A DNA stretch of 44,948 nt from Parasitella parasitica NRRL 2501. Lineage: Eukaryota; Fungi; Mucoromycota. Numbering within the stretch: position 1 is the stretch's first letter; each line of letters opens with the position of its first letter. The notes under the pieces were generated by a model. The model was not told the DNA's origin. It worked only from the letters and a program-made list of their open reading frames with translations, and ran no database searches. The DNA lies in assembly GCA_025201805.1 (NCBI GenBank), contig MU619420.1, positions 1 to 44,948 of the forward strand, written 5' to 3'. Below are positions 10,412-22,655 of the stretch, one piece after another. The position numbers and the translations under genes were made by a program.

Positions 10412-13400
10412 ATGGGTTCGTTTGCGTATGAGGAATACGGCTGTATTATCAGTATAGGTAAAAGCAAAGTGAGGTCACCGATCAAATAGAATACTGACAC
10501 CCAACACAAGATTTTGGCACTACCTTTTCGGGAAGTTGCTATGCCATTATTGATGATATTGAATCCACTGCAGAACTTAGCAACATCAAAAACGACACTA
10601 AATACATTCGAGCTGCGGATTTGTATGGATTCAAAATGTTTCTTGTATAGAGCAATGATTAAACTGGAAACTGTAGGGACCGAGAGATCATTGTGGATAT
10701 CAAAAACTGGCTCGAGAACAAGGGAACTAAAACGCCAACCGTCGTTGTTTACGACGAACACATGCATCTGTCTCACTGGGGAAAGGCGGCTACAAATCAC
10801 ATTGCCAAAAAGAAGAATGCAAACGATATTGTTCTGGAAAAGTTCAAGCTAAGACTGCCTAAATCAGTCTCTCAAAAGGGCGCTGTTCTCGTCTCAGGCA
10901 ACAGAGAGCAAGACGATGAAGAAACCAACATGAGAGCCACCATTGACTTTTTCCGTGTAATATACGACCATATCTTTAATCAAATCCATGCTCAGAGACC
11001 AGTCCAGACGGTTGAATTCTCCAAGGATGACATCCGCTTTGTTATTACAGTGCCTGCCATCTGGAACGACGTCGAACGCACCATCATGAGAAATGTCGCC
11101 ATAGCTGCTGGCCTCATCTCTGAAAATGACCACGAAAACAGGTTGATTATCATCAATGAATCACTGGCTGCCACTCTGTACTGTGAGCGTGAAAAGGCAG
11201 ACGAACTGTTGACAGAGGACGTAAACTACATCATTTGCGACGCTGGTGGAGGTACTGTCGATATTGCCTCTTTTGTTGCCACCAAGCCTGACCAAGAAAA
11301 CATGAGTTTTCCCAGATGTCAATTGACTGCTGATAGTGGTGAACGATGCGGATCTACTTATCTTGATGAACGAATGAGTGATTTAATAATGAGAGCCCTC
11401 TTCAGACCCGATCATGTCGAGTACACAGAAGAAGAAAAGAGAGAATACGGCAAGCACGGCTTTGAAACATACACAGCAAGAGAGAGAGAGAAACTTGAGG
11501 TGATAGTCGCTGATCTCTTGACACAGTTCAACGAAGTAGGCGGTAAAAAGGTAATTACTATTACGCACTTGCTTAGACGAAATATTAAGATGTCGTCGTA
11601 TAGTATGCCTTTCCAGCGCCTATTGAAGCCGAGGAAGAAGAGCGCGATGAGTATGCTGTACGAAGACGTGACAGAGATGACTCTTCCGACGAATCCTCTG
11701 ACGGAGAGTCCTCTGACGAAGAGTCCTCTGACGAAGAGTCCTCTGGCGAACCATCTTCTGAATTTTGTGAAGACCCTTATCCAGAGGATGGTAATGTTAC
11801 AAAATACGATAAAAGCAATATTGCTGTAACTGACTATGTGACAAAGCGACTTATATTAGAATTGCCGATGCATCGACTATCAACATGATTCAATACAAGC
11901 CCGTTAGTGAAGCATGGTATATCTCTGAGCAATACACATGCGTCGGGGCAATGTTACTTGTTGTGCCCTACAAGGTCATGGCCAAGAAGGTTTTTGATCC
12001 TATAGTCGATACAACCATCCACCTGCTTAAAAAGCAGATTAGAAAAATCAATAGTCCTGTTGTAGCCACGTTTCTTGTTGGAGGTTTCGGCCAAAATCCA
12101 TATCTGCAATATAGAATCAAAAACGAATTCAAGGTGGAAGAAAACGGCAAAATCGTAGGGTATAAGTGTGGCGAACTCCTCAAAGACGAAAAGGGAAATC
12201 TGGCGGCAATGAGAGGTGCTCTATACTATGGTCTGGATGGTAGCCGTAAACCAACTCAAACGGATATTATCAAAGCCGATTATTGCGACCAAAAGGATCC
12301 AGTAGGCACTAACCACAATGGTTTCATTGTTGAAAACTACGATACTTTGATCTGCTATGGTAATCTTACAAAATGTTGAACCAAATTCTTGACTAAAATA
12401 TCTTGTTGTAAACCAGATATCGGATATGACTTTACCTCTTGCTCCTATCTTGACTTGACAGATAAGAATAAACAAGCTCAAAACTTTGTGTTCATTGATA
12501 GATGGCCAGGAGCAAACAAAAAGCTGACTCGCATCCCCACTGCTTATGAGTCTTCAGAGAAATGGGGAGCTCAAGTCTCTGATTATACTGAAAAAAAGCC
12601 TGAAGAGCTTGTCATACCCAGCAAACTCATGTCCATTGTGAAAGGGGATTTCAGACGCTTCCTTGCCAACTTTATCAGAGCTATGCAAGATCATGTTTGT
12701 CAAGAATTTAAAAGACACGGCAGGTGCACTGATCCCAGTAGATTCAGATACTGTATTACCATGGAAAATAGCTACAGATTCTTCTTCCGTAAATCAGAGA
12801 TGCGCCGAGTTGCTATTGATGCTGGACTGATCGCTACAAAAGATAGCACAAAACGCCTGTTGCTTATCAAGCGAGAGGATGCTGCAGCGATGCATTTTGA
12901 GGATGAACACTTTAAAGCAGAAAGAAATGAGACAAAGGCCTTCAGCTCCAAATTCTTGCAAATTTTCTTCCGTCATGACACCTTTCATTTGTCATTGCAA
13001 GAAGCTACAAAACTGAGCGGCTACGGAGACAAAAGAGAGGCCATATTGAAATCAAAGACACAGACAAATAAAGGCCAAAGCGACAATGGCATTTTACATG
13101 GAAACATCAACATGGATGCCAACGGCGACATTCCACAGGAGAGCAACTCCACTAAAGACGAGTATTTTAGAAATGTTCGTGGTGTCAGATCTGCCATCAT
13201 TCCCTTCAACTTTGTTTCGAAACTCATTGAAAATTTAAAGAAATACATTGATAGAAACAATTGCATCAATTGCTCCAATTATTCAGTTTCCAAGGAACAC
13301 GAGAGCAACTATAATGCATACAGCCGGGAATTTAAGGAAGGCTTTCTTGGCTATATCAAGGTACTGTATACTACTAATAAATTTTTTATTTTCTCTCATC

Positions 13401-14547
13401 AATTCTTGTCTTTGCTAGACTGGTCTGGATTTTAGTAGTAACGAAGACATTCAACAAATCAGCATCAGAAAGGAAGGGTGCTGCGAAATATACGTCTCCG
13501 TGTATGATCTCTTGGAGCATGTATTTAGGCCTGCAATCAATGATCTCGTCTCTGACATCAGTCGTTATTCTACTCAAGTTGATATCATCAACTTCCGCCT
13601 CGATAAGATCTTCATGGTCGGGAAACTTGTCGAAGCAAAAAACGGAACCTACTCTTTCCTGGAAAGAATTATCACCAAAAGTATCTCCGAGGTAATGAAT
13701 ATTGGAAACGAGTTCATCATTACTTCAAATAAAATCAATGAACACAATCAAATTCTTGGCGCTCAAATCTACGCAAAAGACCCGGCTACATACACCGAAA
13801 GGATTGCAAGAAAAACCTATGTCGTTGGAATTGAGGCTTTCAAAACTCAAACTTTCGAAGATGAAATCTTAAAGAAAATTGAGCAGTTAAAGAAGGAAGA
13901 CGACAGTAAAGACAAGATATACGATTTGGAAGCCGAATATGCCTTGCGAGGACAAGAAAGAGTAGAGATATTCTACCAGCCTGAAAACAACCCATCCCTC
14001 AAAATAAAGAAAATGCCTGCAGATGCAACCTTGCTTGCTCCAAGAGGCAAAAAAGTTTTAGAAAAGGATCAAGTTGATGGCATTGAGAAGAAATTTTTTT
14101 CTAATGAAGAGTGTCTTGTGTATGCTAGTAAGTTAATGACGCTCATGTATTTATTAGGTGAAGCTAGGTCCTAACTGTTCCTTCCATCATCAAACAGGCA
14201 TCTATGTCACTGAAAAATACCATACCGACGAAGAATTGAAGAACTTGAACCTAGACGACTTTCAAAAAATCCATCGTTTTGAAATTTACATCAAAAAAGA
14301 CCCTGATGATCCTATGAATAACTTTGAGGACAACCGCCTCCATTTCTATGTTCGGATGATTCCTGATAACAACGAGGTCATCTTCGAAGCTAGCATTTGT
14401 TCTAGAATGGGGAAGAAGATCCCTGAATTCCGTTTCCGCGATGAAATTTTGGTTGCTCAAATCTATGATGATAATGATAGAATACCAAGATTCATCTCTC
14501 AATTAGGAGAATCATTAGAAGAAACTTCTGATGAACCTCAACATTAA
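10412..14547 (+). CDS. HSPA12-like (Hsp70/actin-fold ATPase) protein with two tandem NBD-like modules; about 7 introns
   Basis: Spliced IISI|DFGTTFSG, ITVPAIW, IINESLAA, ICDAGGGTVD, LVGGFGQNPYL, AAMRGA. A second module follows: LICY|DIGYDFTS, FRYCITM, AGLI...RLLLIKREDAAA, IFMVG, ERIARKTY. Introns about 10458-10510, 10624-10676, 11551-11603, 11791-11846, 12360-12416, 13361-13418, 14128-14197. Confidence 0.85.
11679..11762 (+). repeat. 15-bp coding minisatellite (GAGTCCTCTGACGAA-like, about 5 copies) encoding ESSDE repeats
   Basis: gaatcctctgacgga gagtcctctgacgaa gagtcctctgacgaa gagtcctctggcgaa ccatcttctgaa read directly. Confidence 0.85.
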
Positions 14548-15457
14548 AAAATATCCTTTCGCATTATTCATCATATCATAAGGCAATCATTTCAAAAAAA
14601 AAAAAAAAGAAAAAATGAACAAGAATTTTCATACAATAAGCACAAAGTTATTTTACAAAACATTTAGTAAAAGTGATAATAGAATTTCTTTACAAGATCA
14701 TGGCGCGAAAATGAGACTGAACAGCTTTACTTTGTGAAGCGAAACAAACCTACAGACCAGCTCATCTAACATGCATAATATTAAAAAGCCTTTGCAGTTG
14801 TTAAATAGAGGTAGATATATTAATTTTTTTCATATTCGAAGAGCTCAATATTTTATCAGCAATGATGGGTTCTGTTCTATTAAAAAGTAGCTTATTTTTT
14901 TTGGTTAAAATCGAGCTTCTACAAAATACTGGAGCGTCGATGCTTTATTTATGAAGCTTGTTGTCCTTACTTTATGCATCGCTTGTAGCTCTGCTGATCA
15001 ACCTCAATAGTATATTGTTGGATAAACTAGTTTTTTTTTTTTTTTTNNNNNNNNNNTCAAACCAAATGCTTACATTTATAATGCATTTAATTTTGTATAA
15101 GCCTGTGGGTTTTATTCATTGAGAAAGGCGCAATCAAGTCAATACAAATATGGTTGCAATTAACGAGATCTCGAGTGGGACGATGTGCAGATTCATAATT
15201 ATTAGGCCAACTGTTTCCATACCCATTCATATACACTTGATTTTACTCGTAGAAACTTTGAAAATCATGTAAATCAGTCGCTCATTAGTAACATGAGAAT
15301 ATATAATTATTGTATTGATAAAGTCGGAAACAGAACAATTTGAAAGCAAACAGACATGGCACGTCAACCAATCAAGTGTACATCACAGAAGGTTTGTCTG
15401 TTTAAATTTTTTTTGTACGAGACAGTTTTATTTCAGTTAGTCTTTCCATACGCTACC

Positions 15458-16672
15458 ATGTCCACGAGGAGTAATAGCAGCAGCAGTATCAATCATACCA
15501 AAAGATCAGCACCTCTGATACCCAATATTGCATCTGTACAATTTTTAAGACAGTCAAGCTCTATGCTAGATTTGTAAATAACTCGTTAGCTATGTAAACA
15601 TGGCAACACTGTAACGACCTCATGTTTTTTTTTGTATAGACCTATAAGAACAACAGCAACAGCCATAATATATTATCACCGTTTTAATAAATTCATGAGC
15701 AGCAAAGAAAAAGTAATTAATGTGGATGGAACACTCACAGAAGAAGATGTTCTACATCAAAACGAAGAGGTAGATTATTCCTAAGAATCTTCAGGGATAT
15801 CGCCAACGTTTTAATTACTAAGTATTCCCATAGCTATTAACAACAACCTGTCTGCAATTAGCTTGTAAAGCAACAGAAGTGCCCAGAAAAGTTAGAGATA
15901 TCGTCAATGTGGGTCACAGGTACTGTGTATCATTTAACAATACGTATACATCTATATTGACCAAGATTATTAGGTATTATCATCCCAAGGGAACAACTCT
16001 GAATGTAGATGAAAACTATTTCAGGATGAGATCATCGTTGGTTACAAGCGAGCTTTTACTAGTCAGAGCATTGGGATTTGATTTAGAGGTGGAGCTACCG
16101 TTCGCATATTGTTTAAATGTACTACGAGGATTAGGGTCGATTCGATATTTTAGGGCAGATGAAACCAAGAAAACTAATAAAAGGCATCATTCTCACACTG
16201 CCCAACAAAAAGAAGTATGGAAAAAAATGGAAAATGGTATAGTCAACAATGTCATTCATATTGAACCTACAATAATGTATATTTCTTGGTAGATATGGAC
16301 CCTGAAATGAGTACCATTGCTAGATTAGCATGGATGTATGTATGGGATAGGTACGTTTTATTTATATATAAAAGATCGAAAGGCATTATATATTGGCAAC
16401 TAACTCGATCTATGCACAGTTTATGCTCGCCCAAGATTGCATCTACGCATTCTATTCCAGGCATCGGACTTGGATGTCTATATCTTGCACTACGAACTGC
16501 TGAGGTTGAAATGTCAATGTCAATGAGTGAATATGTCGACATGTGGGGTGCTTCTGAGAATATTTCAGTTCAAGCAGTGAGAGATGTAGTGACAGATTTA
16601 TTAGATTTTTACGATCACTTTCCTACTATAACACCACCAACTATAACTATAACAGCTGATTCTAATCAATAG
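15458..16672 (+). CDS. Transcriptional-family cyclin most similar to cyclin Q/M (FAM58A); 5 predicted introns
   Basis: TTATAIIYYHRF, TCLQLACKATEVPRKVRDIVNVGHRYYHPKG, ELLLVRALGFDLEVELP, AWMYVWDS, CLYLAL. Confidence 0.85.
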
Positions 16673-16743
16673 AGATGATATTAAGCGATAACTATTATAT
16701 TTTTTATGAAAAAAAAAAAAAAGCAAGAGAAATGTTGGATAGA

Positions 16744-18565
16744 CTACAATACACCCATATTTTCCAATTTATGACGCTCTACATAAAACAATATGTAAAT
16801 ACATACACTTAGCCCATAAAAACCAATAAAATGTTGCCACTTACGAGTTTGTCTGGCGTCTACATCTTCAGCCTCACTGTCTTCGCCGTCGACATAATCA
16901 TCAATGTTGAAATCTCGAGGAACTTCTTGAGTTTGTACAGAGGGAGCAAATGGCATGCTTCTTAAATTGTCAACAATTTTCGAACTAGAGAGCCAAATCA
17001 ATATATAGCACTTTAGTCGGGAGACGAAGCAACTTACATGATGTGATCTAAATATTCACGAGTATTGTGGTTGCTCATGTTATTCGATGGTACCTCCAGC
17101 TTGTATTCAGGGCCGTAGTATTCAAAGTAGTTGTTATAAGGCAACTCTTCCTGTGTTAAATCCTCTCCTACTGCTAATCCGGTTTCAAAAGTCCACGTTC
17201 TTGCGACATTACGGATTGTATAACCACCGCCACCAACCATCATCATAGGTATATTGAAGGATTTGATAAATTCTACACACGAGGCATGTCCACGCATTGA
17301 CAAGTTGAAACAACCTAGACGATCGCCTGATAATGAATCACCACCACATTGAAGCACAACTGCTCCCGGTCTATACCAATCCATAATATGCTGGATTACA
17401 GGTTTAAATACGCTTTTGTAAGTCTCGTCGTCTATCCCATCTCTCAATGGCACATTAACTGCATAGCGTTTGCCACTTCCTAGTCCAGTATCCTTTGAAA
17501 ACCATTGCAATCAGTCGTCACAATACAAAACTTTTTGGCATTGAGATACACGTACTTTGATGTCGCCAGTGCCAGGGAAGAATTCACCAAATTTGTGGAA
17601 GGAGCATGTCATGACACGATCCGTTGTATAAAAAGCTTCCTCAACACCATCGCCATGATGAACATCGATGTCAACATATAATACACGCTGGTGATATCTA
17701 ACAGATACTCTATTTTTATCGCGCACAAGTCTGAAGAGAGTTCAACTTACCTTAGCAGTTCTAAAATTCCAAGGACAATGTCGTTTACATAACAGAAGCC
17801 AGATGCTTCGGTCTTTTTAGCGTGATGAAGACCACCGGACCAATTAATGGCAATGTCAGCCTCGCCGTTGAGTAATTTGTTAGCAGCACCTAATGAGAGA
17901 TCAGTAAAATCTACTAGCAAAGCATACGACAGTCTTTTTTGTTTTTTTACCAATGGACCCACCAGCAGAAATAGAACAGAATTCAAATAAGCCTTCAAAT
18001 ACAGGACAATCTTCGCCAACATTGACTGACGAAAAAGTTGTAAGCAACTATACGTTTGATCTGCATCCTTGGTATATCTTACATCGAGCAATTCCTTGTT
18101 CCAAACCACCATGCTGCATAGCCAGTGATTCCAAGTTGTCTGGTGTTACTGTTTGTAAAAAGTTGACATATTCATCTGAATGAAAACGGGTCATTTGGTA
18201 TGCAGTGCACCGAGTTGGTTTCTACATGTAGTTGGGGATTATTAAGAAGCTGGAGCACATGCTGCGATGCTTACCACAATATCCAGCTTTTTGTAGAGAC
18301 CATAATTGACAACCATGTTATGAACCATGTGCATACGCTTGGGTTTCATATAGTGACCTATTAGCCATGGTTAGAGCTATGCATGCTACTTTGAAATGTA
18401 GCCTTCCTCACCAGGTCCATAGTTGAAATTTCCAACATCGTCTAATGCAAAGAGCGTTGGATTAGAGGCAATTTACATTAGCGACAAATCAGCAATCAAC
18501 TTACGGTCATAAAAGTAAGATACTCTTTTCTTGGCACAACTGGCTAAACTGTAAGAATTGGACAT
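16744..18565 (-). CDS. RPD3: Class I histone deacetylase (Rpd3/Clr6 type), multi-exon
   Basis: [114 protein letters not shown]. The paralog assignment (Rpd3 vs Clr6-like) is not certain. Confidence 0.93.
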
Positions 18566-19848
18566 TTCGTTCTTCGTTCTAGGAAAGAGAGTTTTTCAAT
18601 GAAAGCAAAAGAATAAGGCAAGGAGGCGGAGAAGAAGAAGAAGCAAAGATTTAGCCATTACATCCAATCAAGCAGAAAAGTAGTGGGGACAAAGAGTCAC
18701 AGACGGCCGTATGCAGCTATGTACCCATTGAAAGAGATACAGGAACGCGTGTGGATCATCATCTTGTTTCGGACAAGCTTGGTTATATGTATAATATTCA
18801 TCAAGGCTACCATTCACCATGTTGCAGTGGATACTATATATCGAACAGCCGAGTAATTTTCATGATAGGTTGAAGGATAAATACTGTTTTTACTATGCAA
18901 TTCATTCAGCAGCAGCTAAGTTTTGAGATTTTCATATCGCATGAAAGCTCATTTTCTTTACGCCGTAGTTTCAACAACCAAAAAGAGATGTGATGGTTTT
19001 TTCCATGACAATGCATTAAATGCATTTATATCAGATAGCTCAGTATCGTCTCCCATTTTTCTTGACTTATTTGTAAAACTTTTCAACTGTTTTTATAACA
19101 TCCATCATCTACCAAGTACACTGTAAAAAGGCAGACTTAGTTTTTCCTATAGAAAAGAGTACTAATCCAGTGCAAAAAATATGCATTGAGTGCTTGGAAT
19201 TGATCGCTTAGCAACTTTAAAGAGTTTTCCAGAATTGAAGCGAACAACAAATCATTATAAATTACTCTCATAGCATTTTACTGACGTCGTGGTTTGATTG
19301 TTTTATTATCTTTCAAGTACTGCTCATAGCTCGTATATACTAAGAGAGGTTTTACAATTTTTTTTTATTTTTTTAATTGGAGTACAGTGGAATCCAGTCT
19401 ATTCTTAGCTCGCTATGGCCCTGATTTCACATGGCACTGTGTACCATATTCATGCTAGTCTTGAGAAATGACATGACAAGACCTAAATGCAGGCAAATTT
19501 GTCTGTAAAAACACCTCCTCTGGGAATGCTCTCGTCGCAGTAAAGCCTTTAATGGAGATATACAGGACACACTCGAAGAATACATTGTTTGGCTGAAACT
19601 TTTGACATCCTATGGCAAGTGTAAAAAAATGCACCAAATTCAAAAAAAAAAAAAGGAGATCATCGCAGAATCTAAACTGCTAAAGAAACTAATATATTCA
19701 ATTGATCTGTTGATCATACAATGATGGGTTGCATAAATAAGCAAGTTTTTTATTTTATATATAAACCGTTTTTAGAATAGCTTTTTTGCAAGGCCGTTTT
19801 TCTTGGTCAACTTGATTTATTCCACTCAATGGAAGAGCAGAATCAAAT

Positions 19849-20051
19849 CTTATCTGCTCTATACATATGACATAGCATTTAATTTTGTTTAGTGTTTGTG
19901 TATAGTGAAAGATCACACAAAACTCTATAAAGTGTTTGATCAAGCCAATCATAATAAACAGTGCTGTTACCTATCAATTTGCATGCCGCCTTATCAGTAT
20001 GTTCTACACATTTTGTCTTATCTCTTCAAGTCCATTTAATTAAATTGATAA
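19849..20051. promoter_or_regulatory. Cluster of five HGATAR (GATA-factor) sites upstream of the ammonium permease
   Basis: CTTATC 19849, CTATCA 19971, CTTATCA 19990, CTTATC 20017 and TGATAA 20046. TATATAAA at about 20172; ATG at 20231. Confidence 0.6.
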
Positions 20052-20230
20052 AATGTTCTCTTGCTTCTTTTTTAAATAGTTTCGTTCTATTTCATTCGTA
20101 TATAATAGAGCAAATCAGTTCACCTTACCGATTTCGACCAACCAAGTACAAACATTGCATTTTGTGTATTATATATAAACAGCCTCGACAATTTGGCACT
20201 TCATTACCTTTTCTTTTCGCTTTATAAAAA

Positions 20231-22655
20231 ATGCCCGACAATTCCACATTAACTGGCGCTGATGCCTCACATACATCATTCACAATTGACACTGGTGATA
20301 CAGCCTGGGTCATGATTTGTGCCTGCCTAGTTTTCTTGATGGTAAGCTTTGCATAAGCCTGTCTCTGCAAACATCTTTCATACGAATCATTTTTCTCCAT
20401 CCTAGTCACCAGCGCTTGGCTTCTTTTATGCCGGCCTTGCTCGTGCAAAGAATGCACTGTCATTGATGTATCTAACGATTCTTTCGGTTGCCGTTGTTTC
20501 ATTTCAGGTGAGGTCCAAATCAAGACCACAGAGTACATGTAGCCTTAACAATTTACTCTTTCATTAGTGGTATCTGATTGGATACTCACTCACTTTCTCG
20601 GAAACCGGTAGCAAATTTATTGGCGATACTGGTAGTAACATAAAATAATGAAAACTTCACACAATGATAACCTTATCTGTTTGTGTAGCACATTTCCTAT
20701 TACGAGGTGTCGGCATGGAACCAGCAGTAGAAGGACAAACAATTCCTGCGTCTGCTTTTATGATTTTCCAAGCCATGTTTGCTGCTCTCACTCCAGGTAA
20801 AGCCGACATGTAAAATCGATATTCGGACAGCACACTAACCCGTGTATATTATAATCCATAATAGCTCTGGCTTTCGGATCGGCGGCTGAACGCATGTCGG
20901 TAAGATCTTGATTCTTGCTGTTCGTCACATGGCGTTGATTCATCCTAAACTTTCCATTTTAGCTTGGGCCAGCAATCTTGTTCATCTTTGTTTGGACAAC
21001 CCTAGTTTATGGTAAGATATTCACAACTTTACATAAATCGCAACTTTCACTGATGGCGAAATCTGATAGATGTCATTACCAATTGGGTTTGGGTACATAT
21101 ACACATATAATACGTAATTAAAACATCAAACAATATGCTAACGACATTTCAAAGGCTAGTAACGGCTGGCTCTTTCAAATGGGCATCATGGACTATGCTG
21201 GAGGTATTCCCGTTCATATATCCAGTGGTTTAGCAGCAGGTAAACAAAAGATAATCAATACGCCAATATGGATTCGTATCACTGATCATCTGTTTACTAC
21301 TTTATTTAGTTGCATATGCTATGGTCCTCGGAAAGCGTCGCGATTATAACGAAAATGCAAACACACCTCACAATGTCTCTTTTGTATTTCTCGGTCTCGC
21401 GCTCATGTGGTTTGGTAACAAATATTCTGCATCGTGTTACTACGGTCCCCCTCTGCTAACATTTTATTAATAGGTTGGTTCGCTTTTAATGCTGGAAGCG
21501 CTCTTGCTGCAAATGCCCGTAGCGTCAACTCTCTTGTCTGCACTCATCTTTCTGCTTGCACTGCTGCTGTTGTTTGGGTCCTGCTGGACTATATCCAAAC
21601 TCGTAAATGGAGTATCATTGGCTTGTGTACGGGTGCTGTCGCTGGCCTTGCAACAATAACCCCTGGATCGGGATTCGTATCAACCTCTAGTTCACTTGCA
21701 TTTGGTGCGATTGGGTCGTTTGTTTGTTACATTGCTATTCACTACAAACACAAGATGCGCATCGATGACTGTCTTGATGTGTTTGGTGGTAAGTTTCAAG
21801 ATATGCTGCCGCTATTTCACAATCTAATAGAGTTTCATTCTTCTCTTCGCAGTGCATTACGTCGGGGGCCTTGTCGGCTTGATTCTAACTGGTATCTTTG
21901 CACAAAAGAATATCATTGCCCTTGGATACCCAGCGGGAACTCCGGATACCGAGATTCCTTTGGGTGGTTGGTTGGATGGCAACTGGATGCAAGTTCCTGT
22001 TCAGCTTGCTGGCATCGCTGCTGTGTCTGGCTGGTCATTTGTTGTCACGTATGTGTTTCAGCGTCTATGCATATGCTAATATATACTGACAAATTATCTC
22101 AACACTAGCTATATCATATTGCTTGTCATCAACAAAATTCCTTTTCTTTACTTGCGTTTAGCGGATGAAGATGAAATCGTCGGCACTGATTGGGCTGAGA
22201 TGGGTGAACGTGCTTATGCCTATCTTCCTTTCGATGAAGAAATGAATACGCCTCCTCGTAGAAGCAACGAATCCGATGGCAACAGCGAAACCAATGATGA
22301 AAAGAAGAGTTCCCGTTTAAATCGAATCAAGAATCTGCTCATGGTCGATCGTTCTACTGTTATTAAGGGTGTCCCCGATCTTATTGAAGAGCCTGTGCTG
22401 GACTATGGTCAATCAAAGGATTTAGGCGCTTATCCTCTAGGCAAATCAGCAACTCGTGCTACTGGTGGCGATCTTCTACAAAAGGCATCTGCCAAGGTGA
22501 GAGAGGAGCGTCAAGAAAATGAATCTGTCAACTTTGAAGACCATCCCATGTCTGTACAAAATCATAGTAAAGATAGCGATGTCACTCAAGTTGCAAGCAC
22601 TAGCAATACTCCTGTCTCTGGTAGTAATAGCAACTCTGAAAAAATCAGAAGATAA
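20231..22655 (+). CDS. Amt/Mep ammonium transporter; about 11 introns including a 23-nt exon (21070-21092); long hydrophilic C-tail
   Basis: DTGDTAWVMICACLVFLM, FQAMFAALTP, DYAGGIPVHISSG, WFGWFAFNAGS, GAVAGLATITPGSG, DDCLDVFG|VHYVGG. Both pore histidines are present. Confidence 0.96.

Noticed and set aside
11679-11762. Short regularly spaced repeats as a CRISPR-like array
   Set aside because: These are head-to-tail 15-bp coding repeats with no spacers, in a eukaryotic exon.
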